Source of the DNA: Candidatus Bathyarchaeota archaeon
Lineage (GTDB): Archaea > Thermoproteota > Bathyarchaeia > TCS64
DNA: 42,647 nt
Assembly (NCBI GenBank): GCA_043826455.1
Contig: JBDRQD010000043.1
Location: 1-42,647 of the forward strand
Direction: 5' to 3'
Shown: one piece after another, positions 16,786 through 25,516 of the stretch
How the letters are laid out: the number at the start of each line of letters is the position of its first letter
How positions within the stretch are numbered: the stretch's first letter is position 1
Translations under genes and position numbers: made by a program
The notes under the pieces: generated by a model
Seen by the model: only the letters and a program-made list of their open reading frames with translations
What the model was told of the DNA's origin: nothing
Databases searched by the model: none

Positions 16786-17085
16786 TCAGTTTTCCTTGAG
16801 GGTTTGAGTCGTGGCTGTGCATTTATGGGTTTTTCGTCTCTCCTGGATTGTTAGGATTGTGCCCGCGGTTAGTGTTGCGGTGCCTATGATGAGGTTGGTT
16901 ATGGTGTATTCTGGTATGGTGTGCGCGTCGTAGCTGTGGGGTATCCAGAACTGCCACCACTGGAGCTCATTATAGACGCGGAGGTAGGTCTCAGCTCCAA
17001 CATCGTCTAGGCTCAGATATGCAGATGTAAGGAATAGGAGTCCAGTGAGGATGAGCGCAGGGCCGACTAGCTTCGTCCTTTGCAT
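16786..17085 (-). CDS. Small membrane protein
   Basis: ORF track; N- and C-terminal hydrophobic helices. Confidence 0.65.
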   Translation of the reverse strand: MQRTKLVGPALILTGLLFLTSAYLSLDDVGAETYLRVYNELQWWQFWIPHSYDAHTIPEYTITNLIIGTATLTAGTILTIQERRKTHKCTATTQTLKEN

Positions 17086-17098
17086 AGATGATTCTTGT

Positions 17099-17230
17099 CT
17101 ATTTCTTGTTTTTATCGGCAGCGCTTTGGGCTCGAGCCGCGAAGCTTCCCTTTTCCACTTTTCCGTCGCCTTTTTTGGCTTCGGCGCTCTGGATTCTGGC
17201 CGCTGCTTCAGATGTCATCTTCTTACCCAT
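17099..17230 (-). CDS. 43-aa SMP/LEA-like hydrophilic microprotein, not in the ORF track
   Basis: MGKKMTSEAAARIQSAEAKKGDGKVEKGSFAARAQSAADKNKK*; resembles the seed-maturation-protein pattern MT-x-x-x-AA-x-IQSAE...GG-x-AA-x-AQSAA-x-x-N; TATA-like sequence upstream. Confidence 0.78.
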   Translation of the reverse strand: MGKKMTSEAAARIQSAEAKKGDGKVEKGSFAARAQSAADKNKK

Positions 17231-17362
17231 TTCGATCAAGTATAGGGGAAATTGATTTTAATATAAACATTTCATTGAAGGAAATGCATCTATTCTTGAG
17301 CGGTATAAAAGAAAAAACATTTAAAAAAAAATTCACGCAATGATGACATTGAATGCGCGGAA

Positions 17363-17737
17363 ATGACTAGAGAGGACCTGATAATCAAGCTCTGTTCCTG
17401 GTTCATTCTGGGGTGTCTACTGGTGTTTCCTGTTGGATACTATACGGGTGAATGCGAGGACACTCATGCGGATGGCCCAGGGTTCTCATTTTATATCTCA
17501 AAGTGTGAAGAAGGCTACCCCTATCACTGGAAATTCAGTAAATATGATAGTAGAGTGGGCTACTCCGTTACATATGATGTGGCTAATTTTTATCGAGACG
17601 GGATCATACTCTCATTCGTATCTCCCTTCATCCTTGAACCAGCTCATTTTATACTCAGGAGGTTAAAGTCAAAGGAAACCGTGTCATATCGATATATCAG
17701 TCCCCATTGGAAGAGCACGCGCTCATCCCATGGTTGA
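17363..17737 (+). CDS. Hypothetical membrane protein
   Basis: ORF track; two TM segments around a Cys-pair loop. Confidence 0.6.
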   Translation: MTREDLIIKLCSWFILGCLLVFPVGYYTGECEDTHADGPGFSFYISKCEEGYPYHWKFSKYDSRVGYSVTYDVANFYRDGIILSFVSPFILEPAHFILRRLKSKETVSYRYISPHWKSTRSSHG

Positions 17738-18358
17738 CAGAGCTCCTAAAGCGTTCATCAGGCTATGTGTCAACCAGCCAGGCAAGATACTTCCGGACCT
17801 GGAACGCAGCCACCCCATGACCCAACCAGCTAGAAACTGTACAACAACCACTGCCCAGAAACTCAGACTAACCAGCAATAATAGTAGATGAGGGAGCAGG
17901 AAGATGAAAGCCTGTATGGTGTTCCCTTTCATGAACCCAAAACGCCTCTCCAGGTATCCGCCTAACAAGCCGCGGAAGAGGATTTCCTCTCCAAGGGTAA
18001 CGTAGAACGCCTCCCGCTGCAATGCATACATGAATGAGGATAGACTCAGAGACCAACCTGCATACACTGAGACACTTACCATGGGGCTCTCAAGGACACT
18101 GGAAGGAACCATGCGTAGAACCAGCCACATCAGTCCCCCTACAGTGACGGCGACTCCGACGCCCTCTAGATAGAAGGCGCCGTTACACCCCTTCAAACCG
18201 AGGTTCTTCAGCACACTCCTCCATTTCTCTCCGCGTCTAATCTGAGAGGTGAAGTAAATTAGGGAAGGAATACTGAAGAGGATTAGCTGCGCTGGAACAT
18301 CCAAAACCTTTCTCCAAAAAGGTATTTTTGTAAATATTATAAAAGATGGCTTAACCAA
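17723..18358 (-). CDS. CPBP (CAAX protease/Abi) intramembrane metalloprotease
   Basis: EEILFRG, FLLPH, HSLMN motifs; multiple TM; start may be TTG near 18304. Confidence 0.88.
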   Translation of the reverse strand: MVKPSFIIFTKIPFWRKVLDVPAQLILFSIPSLIYFTSQIRRGEKWRSVLKNLGLKGCNGAFYLEGVGVAVTVGGLMWLVLRMVPSSVLESPMVSVSVYAGWSLSLSSFMYALQREAFYVTLGEEILFRGLLGGYLERRFGFMKGNTIQAFIFLLPHLLLLLVSLSFWAVVVVQFLAGWVMGWLRSRSGSILPGWLTHSLMNALGALSTMG

Positions 18359-18511
18359 CGTTTGTGATACGCATATACTCGTACTGCGTTCGCAGGTGCG
18401 CTCATTTTGTTTTATTAGTGCAATCTCTCGTTATTGTCTGCGCGCGACGGCGTGTGTGAGGTCAGTTTTTCATTAATAAAAATTAAATGCTTAACGATTT
18501 ACATTTACTCT

Positions 18512-19621
18512 ATGTCTAATGTGAAGATCGTAACGAGTGATAATGTTACGATAAATGAAATCCCTCAAGTTAGCGTCTCAAGGGAGGATTTCATCCGTAT
18601 TGTGGACTCACTTGAGTCAGAGATTGTGTTTTCCTGCGAGATTGATTACCAAAGAAAGGATGCTTACATGATTTTCTATAAAGGAAGCATGGTCTACACT
18701 CAGTTCATGAAAGTTGAGACATGGGACGAATTCAAGTTAATGCACATGAAAATGCAGGAAGGTGGTTTTATTAAATATGATAAGTTCCTTGATGCGCATG
18801 ATTATGGAATTAGTTCAAATGGCGAATACGAAGAGTTTGTTAGTTCCGATGTATATTACGATCAACGTGGATACTATTCAGAGAAAGAAAAGAAAAAGAA
18901 ACTCTATAATTTGTATCTCCATGTGAATAAAAGTGGTTTTGAGAATTTTTCACAGTATAAGAATGCCTATAATCTCGGAATATCTGACCCTATGGAATAC
19001 AATCTCTTCATTTCCTCGGAATGGGGAGAACGAGATCACTATAGAAGCTATGATAAAAATGATTACATTGAGTTCTGTGACGCTAGGAAAAAAGGATTCA
19101 CAAGTAAAGATGAATATAGAAAGGCCGTTAAACTTGGTTTTGAAGATGCTAAAATATATAGTATGTTTGTTGAAAGCGGGTTGAAGGATAAGAAGGATTT
19201 CGATTACGTGGTCTACGAGTTCCCTTCAACTGTTGACGAGGAATTGAATAAAGCAGCGCAGAGTAAAAAAGAGGCTGATGCGGCGTTCAAAGATTCTCGG
19301 TACCAAGAGAGCGTATTATAGAACTTTATCCAGGTCGAGAAGTTATTGAACCTAGCGTATGTCATTTCACATAAACAAAAAATTGAGAGTCAAATCGATT
19401 TCGACGACCTGTTGAAGGAATTGAACTCTAAATATGGTCTTGGTATTTCTGGTTTGAGCAAGTTTAGATATTGTAGGCAACTTCGGAACAAGGTTGCTCA
19501 TGAAAACTGTAATGTAACAGAAGAAGAGGCTCTGTCTGTGAAAAACTATCTTGAAGAGATAGTATCAATATTAATGCCTTTCATTAAATCAACGCTAGAA
19601 ACGGAGTTCAAGAACCTATAA
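18512..19621 (+). pseudogene. Repeat-containing protein with C-terminal HEPN domain interrupted by one in-frame TAG (19319-19321)
   Basis: Track ORFs 18434..19321 and 19346..19621 are in the same frame; read-through gives RYQESVL*NFIQVEKLL...RQLRNKVAHE (RxxxxH); N-terminal G(F/I)-x-x-x-x-(E/Q)Y repeats. Confidence 0.75.
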
Positions 19622-19729
19622 TCGTGTCTTTCTTTCAATATTGTATATTTTTTAAATACTATATTTCGGCTTATTTAATTAATAATTAGTTTTATATTTC
19701 AGAAATCGGTCATAATCTAGGTGTGATAT

Positions 19730-20260
19730 TTGGTTGAATATTATTTCGACATTGAAACCACTGGTCTTGACCCTGAGAAGGATAAAATCATCACGATTCA
19801 ACGACAACTCATTAAATTCGGTAGACCAACTGGGCCGATAGAAATCTTGAATACTTGGGATTCTTCCGAAAAAGAAGTGCTTGAAGAATTTCTCTCAATG
19901 GCATACTGTCCAAACATGTGGGATTTTGTGTATATTGGTACTAACCTTCTGTTCGATTTCAATTTTATAAATGAAAGGGCGAAAAAGTGCGAGCTTCGGG
20001 GAACTGATTTTGCTTATTGTTGTGAGCGGCCTCATTTGGATCTGAAACATGTTATGATACTGCTCAATGAGGGGCGTTTCAAAGGATACTCGGATATATT
20101 AGGCAAAGGAACCCAGTTAGACAACACTTTGGTTCCTCAATGGTATTACGAAAAAAAGTATGGAAAAATTAAGCAGTACATTGAACTTGAGGCTGAAAAG
20201 ACGATCGAATTCTACGGGAAACTTATAAAATGTCTTCCCACAATCAGAAATAAATTATAG
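19730..20260 (+). CDS. RNase H-like DEDD 3'-5' exonuclease (RNase_H_2/YprB-like)
   Basis: YFDIETTGLD, EKEVLEEF, GTNLLFDFNFI, HLDL motifs. Confidence 0.85.
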   Translation: MVEYYFDIETTGLDPEKDKIITIQRQLIKFGRPTGPIEILNTWDSSEKEVLEEFLSMAYCPNMWDFVYIGTNLLFDFNFINERAKKCELRGTDFAYCCERPHLDLKHVMILLNEGRFKGYSDILGKGTQLDNTLVPQWYYEKKYGKIKQYIELEAEKTIEFYGKLIKCLPTIRNKL

Positions 20261-20356
20261 TGTTTGAAAAAATCAAATAATTTCAATACGATAATTGACT
20301 TGACCACATTATTTTTAAATAAAATTTAAATTACCAATTGTTCCATTTCCATCAAT

Positions 20357-20953
20357 ATGTATCAATTACTCTATTTTCTAAGTGGGATAGTCATAGGTTT
20401 TTTTGTGATGTTCGTAATTTCCTCCATTAAAAACGCAGGAATTGGACGCATTATAACAATTTCGATATTATTTATATTGGTCTACGGATTCTTACAATTA
20501 TTTCCTTATGATCCCAATGACCTATACCTTAATTTATGTAGTGAGTTTTTAGGTATAATATCAATAGGAGCCATATGGGATTGGTTGAATGTGAGGAAGG
20601 AAAACAGATTAAAACAAAGGGTTAAAAAACACACTACAATGGTTCTTATTGAATGTATGAAAGAAACATCAGATATAATTGATCATTTACAAAGAAAATC
20701 TATAAACCATGAGTTACATATAAACAGGTTAAAATCATGTCAAAGAAGATTACAAGTGTATTGGGCCATTTCTTTTGATAGGATTAATGAACAGATGCTA
20801 GAAAATATTTCTAAACTCGACTTTTTAATTGATCGAATTATTTTATGGTGTGAAAAAAATCCAGATGTAAACACAAATAGAACCTTAAAAAGATTACTTG
20901 ATGTTTCAAAAAAAATTATTGATGACGCAATCAAGCGGGAATCGGTTGAATAA
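20357..20953 (+). CDS. Hypothetical membrane protein (3 TM + helical cytoplasmic domain)
   Basis: ORF track; AT-rich; hydrophobic N-terminal half. Confidence 0.7.
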   Translation: MYQLLYFLSGIVIGFFVMFVISSIKNAGIGRIITISILFILVYGFLQLFPYDPNDLYLNLCSEFLGIISIGAIWDWLNVRKENRLKQRVKKHTTMVLIECMKETSDIIDHLQRKSINHELHINRLKSCQRRLQVYWAISFDRINEQMLENISKLDFLIDRIILWCEKNPDVNTNRTLKRLLDVSKKIIDDAIKRESVE

Positions 20954-21371
20954 ATTTTTCATATTCTGTTTGATTCAAATAATTTTGTGTACACCAATAA
21001 TGTAATAATTGAGTTGTTGTTTTAAACTCGAATCCAAAATAGTTTGCTTGTATTTTATTCCATTCTTCATCCAAAATTAAGACACAGTTATCATTTTGAT
21101 GAGCATAACAAAATACGTAATACTCACCAGAATTTCGATCATTTTCAAAAATCCAATCTATATCAACATTAGCTTCAACATAAACAATCGAACAATATCG
21201 GGAAACTAATTTAAGCTCTCCTGAGGTAGGTTTTTCTAATAAAAATTCTTCATATACTTGTTTTGGAATAATATAGTGGCACTCAACTAAACTTTTACTT
21301 AAACAAACATATGGTTTTAATGTTATGAATAAACTATTTAATGCAGGTTTATCTAAAACGAAATTTATCAT
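20931..21371 (-). CDS. PIN-domain protein (DUF3368/COG2405-like toxin)
   Basis: FVLD at the N-terminus, IPKQVYEE, SGE, VLILDE; ATGA overlap with the upstream antitoxin-like gene. Confidence 0.72.
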   Translation of the reverse strand: MINFVLDKPALNSLFITLKPYVCLSKSLVECHYIIPKQVYEEFLLEKPTSGELKLVSRYCSIVYVEANVDIDWIFENDRNSGEYYVFCYAHQNDNCVLILDEEWNKIQANYFGFEFKTTTQLLHYWCTQNYLNQTEYEKFIQPIPA

Positions 21372-21922
21372 TTTGAAACAAACTCATCAAATGATTTTTC
21401 TGATATTTCTAACCATTTGGCCCCTGTATATTTACTTATCAAACCTTTTCTGTATAGAGACTTAGTAAGTTGTATTTTATTTTTTAATAATCTGCTTAAT
21501 TGAGTGGAGTTTTTTTTACTCTCAGGTAATAAATTATACATAAAAAACATTAATTCATCATCATCCATATTTTTTAATCTATTGTATGCAAGATTTAATT
21601 GTTTGATAGTTTCTTCATCATATGTTTTTATTATTTCTTTTGTAACTTCTTCTCCTAAAGGGGTAATTTCACAATTTTCATCAAATTTATCTATCAAATC
21701 ATATGAATTTAATTCCTCAAGTGATTCTTGAATTTCATACGATACATCTCCTTTTCTAAAATTTGAAAAAGTAACGTAATTTTTCTTTTTAATATATTGA
21801 AAATATCTTGTTATCTTATGTATATGAAGTTCATTAAGCGAATCACCTTTGTGAAAAGATAGAATCAATAACGGTATTTCTACAGATGGGTCGTCTATGC
21901 CATATTCTTCCATGAGAGACAT
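21368..21922 (-). CDS. Antitoxin-like protein: YwgA/Panacea-like winged helix + UPF0175-like C-terminal HTH
   Basis: HIHKITRYF..F.NFRKGDVSYEI..SLEEL..YDLI..ITPLG; ELMFFMYNLLPE; LYRKGLISKYTGAKWLEIS..SF. Confidence 0.65.
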   Translation of the reverse strand: MSLMEEYGIDDPSVEIPLLILSFHKGDSLNELHIHKITRYFQYIKKKNYVTFSNFRKGDVSYEIQESLEELNSYDLIDKFDENCEITPLGEEVTKEIIKTYDEETIKQLNLAYNRLKNMDDDELMFFMYNLLPESKKNSTQLSRLLKNKIQLTKSLYRKGLISKYTGAKWLEISEKSFDEFVSK

Positions 21923-21952
21923 TAAATATGAATGTTTAGTATTAGTTAATAA

Positions 21953-23086
21953 ATGTCACCAGCATTCGAGGTAGTGCGAGCAGAAAAACCGGAGGGTTTT
22001 CCTGCTTTAAGTAAAGAAATAAAGATATCCTCCAGTGTGACGGCTTATACACCTACAAAAAGTTATAGAAATTATAAAGATACAAATTTTAATACAACGC
22101 AATTTGTAGAAATTACACGTAATTTTCAGATGGATAGATTAAAAGCATTATTCGAAGGAAAAAGAATTAAAATACTAGAATCGATTCCTCATGAAATCGT
22201 ACCAAGTAAGATTAATTTTGTCATTTTTAACCTTGATATAAAAAACATACCAGATGATGATATTATAGAGAGTTTTACACACACATTATATAAAAATAGT
22301 GTTAGTTCATACTTTCTGCCAACCATTAATATGAACGCTTTAAAATCTCCTATAGAAAAAATCAACAGAAAAGGAGAAACCACCATTAAAAATGTAGAGG
22401 ATGAAAATAAAATAATAAAATATATGCATATGCTTGATTTGATGGTTGACATAACACAAGTATGGAATAAAAAAGAAATTATTGGAACAATACCTTTGAT
22501 TGCTCCAAAATATGTAAATCCAATAATAGATGTGTATTTAAAAAAAGAGATAAAATCCTTCTCAATAGATGCTAATCTCAAAGATGTATTTTCTGGTCAA
22601 AACATGACGCATCTTAAAAATATTTTATTTAGAATAAGTAAAGTAGTGCCTCTATCTGAGAGTTTTATATATTTAAACAATCCTGGAATCGGTCATTTTG
22701 AGAATAATTACACCAAAGCAGACGATTTTCTAAGTTTAATCGCTGGAATCGATAATATTAGTGAGATTTTTAAAAGAAGATTATTTCGCCCAACTCCACC
22801 ACTTCCAGGTGTACCAAAAAGACCGTCAAGATGTAAAATGTTCCAAAATTTAGATTATCGTTATCAATTGTTTGATACTTATGGACGAGCGAGTGTTCAT
22901 TTCGGTGTCGATGTAAATCGTGACTTTATTAAAAATTATAATCAAGAAAAACAACTAGAAGAAACTATTAAAATTAGAAGTCATATTAAAGAAGGTACAT
23001 TATATTCACATATCGACTCTAAAAAAATACTTGACGAAAAAATGAGAAAACAATTATCCGAATTAGAATCTAAACTTTCTTTTTAA
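21953..23086 (+). CDS. Hypothetical protein, possible tRNA-guanine-transglycosylase-like TIM barrel
   Basis: 377-aa AT-rich ORF; N-terminal beta hairpin ending YTPT, alternating beta/alpha pattern, IAGIDNIS near the C-terminus; fold assignment tentative. Confidence 0.5.
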   Translation: MSPAFEVVRAEKPEGFPALSKEIKISSSVTAYTPTKSYRNYKDTNFNTTQFVEITRNFQMDRLKALFEGKRIKILESIPHEIVPSKINFVIFNLDIKNIPDDDIIESFTHTLYKNSVSSYFLPTINMNALKSPIEKINRKGETTIKNVEDENKIIKYMHMLDLMVDITQVWNKKEIIGTIPLIAPKYVNPIIDVYLKKEIKSFSIDANLKDVFSGQNMTHLKNILFRISKVVPLSESFIYLNNPGIGHFENNYTKADDFLSLIAGIDNISEIFKRRLFRPTPPLPGVPKRPSRCKMFQNLDYRYQLFDTYGRASVHFGVDVNRDFIKNYNQEKQLEETIKIRSHIKEGTLYSHIDSKKILDEKMRKQLSELESKLSF

Positions 23087-23160
23087 ATATATTGTTTAAA
23101 AATTATATAATAGAAAAAGTTCAAGTATAGGCTAAAGTAAAAACCGTAAACATAGAAAAA

Positions 23161-23400
23161 TCACATTCTCATAACAATAGGCTGCGAAACATGGAAGGAC
23201 GCCACATAAGACACGTACACTGCCCTTGCCAGAGACCAGAACCTATCATCGTGAACCTCTTCAACTCAACTAAAATGAACCCTACCAGACTTTCAAAGCT
23301 CGAACATGGGCGAGTTAAGCTCACTGAATAGATCAGGATCAAACGGGGCACCAAGCCACGGCACCACTATCAAAGGATTACCCTCACCGCTCCTGTGCCC
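23161..23400 (-). pseudogene. 3' remnant of a terminase large subunit (nuclease domain)
   Basis: PFDPDLFSELNSPMFEL*KSGRVHFS*VEEVHDDRFWSLARAVYVS; HDD-x-x-W-x-LA motif; in-frame TGA at 23293-23295 and 23266-23268. Confidence 0.75.
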
Positions 23401-23464
23401 CCGCAGGCAGGTGGTTCTCCACTCGCTGTCAAGCGACTGTGCACACGCCAAAACATTTACACTA

Positions 23465-23728
23465 TCATTCATCTTTCTTGGGCGCTAACCCCGCTTTCCG
23501 TACCATCGACTTGATTTCCTCGGGCAGAGTCTTCCAAACCTGGGGCATCTCATCCCAGTCAAGCATCTCCCACCACTCAGGTCTAGACAGCACTAGCTTC
23601 CTATCCACAATCTCCACCTTTAATACCTCCTCATCCTCGAAAGGGAACTTCGGATCATCGAGGAGCTCCCGTCTCAGGTACAGCCTCGCCCCGGACTTAA
23701 ACCGCTTCAGCTGAGCAGTCGATACCAC
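23465..23728 (-). CDS. AbrB/MazE-like swapped-hairpin DNA-binding protein
   Basis: GARLYLRRELLDDPKFPFEDEEVLKVEIVDRKLVL; GGAGG SD before GTG at 23728 (track ORF 23465..23788). Confidence 0.7.
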   Translation of the reverse strand: MVSTAQLKRFKSGARLYLRRELLDDPKFPFEDEEVLKVEIVDRKLVLSRPEWWEMLDWDEMPQVWKTLPEEIKSMVRKAGLAPKKDE

Positions 23729-23791
23729 GATGGCTCCTCCAATAAAATAGATAAATGATACCTTAAACGAGCCGTCACCATAAGCCAAACA

Positions 23792-24094
23792 CTAAGACTC
23801 CGGGGGCTTCCCTATGGTGTACCCCACCAGCCGCCCCTCCCTCTCCAGCCTCTCCAACGCAGCCACCTCAGCCTCCAACTCCTCCACATCCACCACCAAC
23901 CCATAACACACCCGCACAGCCCTGATCAACACATCCAGCGCCCTCATCTGAACCTCCTCAAACCCACCCGGATCAGCCGCCACCCGGTCACACACCCGCA
24001 TCACATCCTCCAAACGCCCAATATAGCTCAGCCTCCTCTCAGCCGGGTCAACCCTGACTCTGCGGCACGAAATACCGACCTCCAACACGCCCAA
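23792..24094 (-). CDS. Helical/coiled-coil hypothetical protein, positional candidate for small terminase
   Basis: ORF track; DVEELEAEVAALERLE coiled coil; upstream of the terminase remnant. Confidence 0.5.
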   Translation of the reverse strand: MGVLEVGISCRRVRVDPAERRLSYIGRLEDVMRVCDRVAADPGGFEEVQMRALDVLIRAVRVCYGLVVDVEELEAEVAALERLEREGRLVGYTIGKPPES

Positions 24095-24097
24095 GTC

Positions 24098-24129
24098 CCT
24101 TCACCGGATGTAGCCTTCACCGGATGTAG
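24098..24129 (+). repeat. Perfect 16-bp tandem duplication CCTTCACCGGATGTAG x2
   Basis: Read directly at 24098-24113 and 24114-24129. Confidence 0.9.
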
Positions 24130-24745
24130 ACCAAGTCGCTCCTCGCAAGACGCCTAAAACACCGGCTCGGCACCCCCAGAAAGAGCCTCCAATCCTTACA
24201 GGCCCCAACTAAAATCATGCTATCCGGGCTGACCCGCACCTCAGACACATCCAACTGCCGGATTAAGACAAGCCATCTATGGCCAGCCCTCCCTCATGTA
24301 GACCCTTACAGCACCCCCCGGAGGCTAGGGCAGCGCACACGTCTCCAATAATCAGATACATCACGCATTGTTTATGCCATTTTTAGCATGCATGTCATAA
24401 TTTTTATTACAGAGGTTTTCGGTTAACCGTGTTCTGTAGGTCTCCTGAGCAAGGGATAACGAGGCATCTCACTGAAGAAAAAGCACGAAATAAAAGATGG
24501 AATTTTTTTTCCGCCTTATACCCTCTAGGACGGTATAAGCCGCCTCTCAGGAACTTCACCACGCCAGCACCACAGCCCCAGAGAGGGGGGAGGGGGTAGA
24601 GCAAGAAAAACCGGAAACAGGGGCCCCGCGCCAAAAGGGGCCCGGGAAACACGCCTTATCGATCCCATTCTATGCAAAAACGCCGTCCACTCCACACAGA
24701 ATCACGGTCCGTCCAGCACATCAGAACGACTCAGACGAGGGCTGG

Positions 24746-24994
24746 TGTGCAAAAAACGTAGGGGGGGTACCCCCTAATGGCGGTTTTTTTAGTCATTCGG
24801 GATCACCCGCACACCGACGAGACGCCTGAGCGCCCCAGATAAATTGACGTGAAAAAAGGTAGGGGGGTATCATTTTATGGCGGTTTTTTCAGTCATAAAA
24901 CGAATTAACTCATCCCGCGAGGCCATAACCCGGGGCATATGTGCAAAAAACGTAGGGGGGTATCGATTTTAGGAAGAAAAAACCTCCTAAAATC
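24746..24994 (+). repeat. Three G-string iterons (GTG(C)AAAAAA(C/G)GTAGGGGGGTA) plus a terminal 10-bp hairpin
   Basis: Copies at 24746, 24848, 24940; first two continue ATGGCGGTTTTTT.AGTCAT exactly 100 bp apart; GATTTTAGGA-N10-TCCTAAAATC at 24965-24994. Confidence 0.85.
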
Positions 24995-25142
24995 AGGGTC
25001 TCCGCCGCCGAGACCCGAACCGAGGATGACCACAACCATAACAAGAAGAAGGCACACCGGCCGAAACATGAGACCCCCGAAAGAAGCCAAGAGCCTCAGC
25101 CTAGATCGAAGAGAAGATCAAACCGCCATGGATAGGCCATCC

Positions 25143-25443
25143 TCAAACCCATACGCCTCTCAGGCTGTTGAGCATCGCCTCGCTCCCGACCCGCCTCACC
25201 TCCGCCAGCCCCATACCCACATCCGTCACCGCGGGGGCGATCTTAGGCTCGTAGCTTCCGTCGGGCAGCCGCGCCTCCAGCCCGTCCTTCAGGCTCGTCA
25301 CCGAGACCGTCTGCGGCGGCCCGTAGCCCACCTAGGCGCGGCCCGGCACCCGGACCTGGGTCGTGAAAACCGGGTTCTTCCTGTGGGCCAGGACGCTTGA
25401 GACTACGTACCCGGTATAGTCCACATCGGTGATGGTCTTGTCC
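25143..25443 (-). pseudogene. Decayed paralog of the 3' end of the 906-aa tail-tip gene
   Basis: DKTITDVDYTGYVVSSVLAHRKNPVFTTQVRVPGRA*VGYGPPQTVSVTSLKDGLEAR/LPDGSYEP...LNSLRGVWV aligns to about 30186-30567 with a TAG and a 27-codon deletion. Confidence 0.9.
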
Positions 25444-25516
25444 GCCGCCGCGTACGCGTAATCTATAGGCCGACTCGTACAAAGTTTAAATTCACATCCC
25501 CTCAACCAATTAAGAC

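Noticed and set aside
23266..23295. Selenocysteine or recoding of two TGA codons in the terminase fragment
   Set aside because: The positions are not Cys-like and the ATPase part of the gene is missing, so decay is simpler
24115..24330. Possible small gene upstream of the coiled-coil ORF (HRWLVLIRQLDVSEVRVSPDSMILVG...)
   Set aside because: No clean start, apparent frameshift and no recognisable family; at most a decayed ORF
24746..24994. Possible CRISPR array from the ~100-bp periodic repeats
   Set aside because: Only three degenerate copies, period too long, no cas genes
24939..25400. 153-aa plus-strand ORF resembling the 30171..30524 ORF
   Set aside because: The similarity is just the antisense reading of the duplicated tail-tip segment
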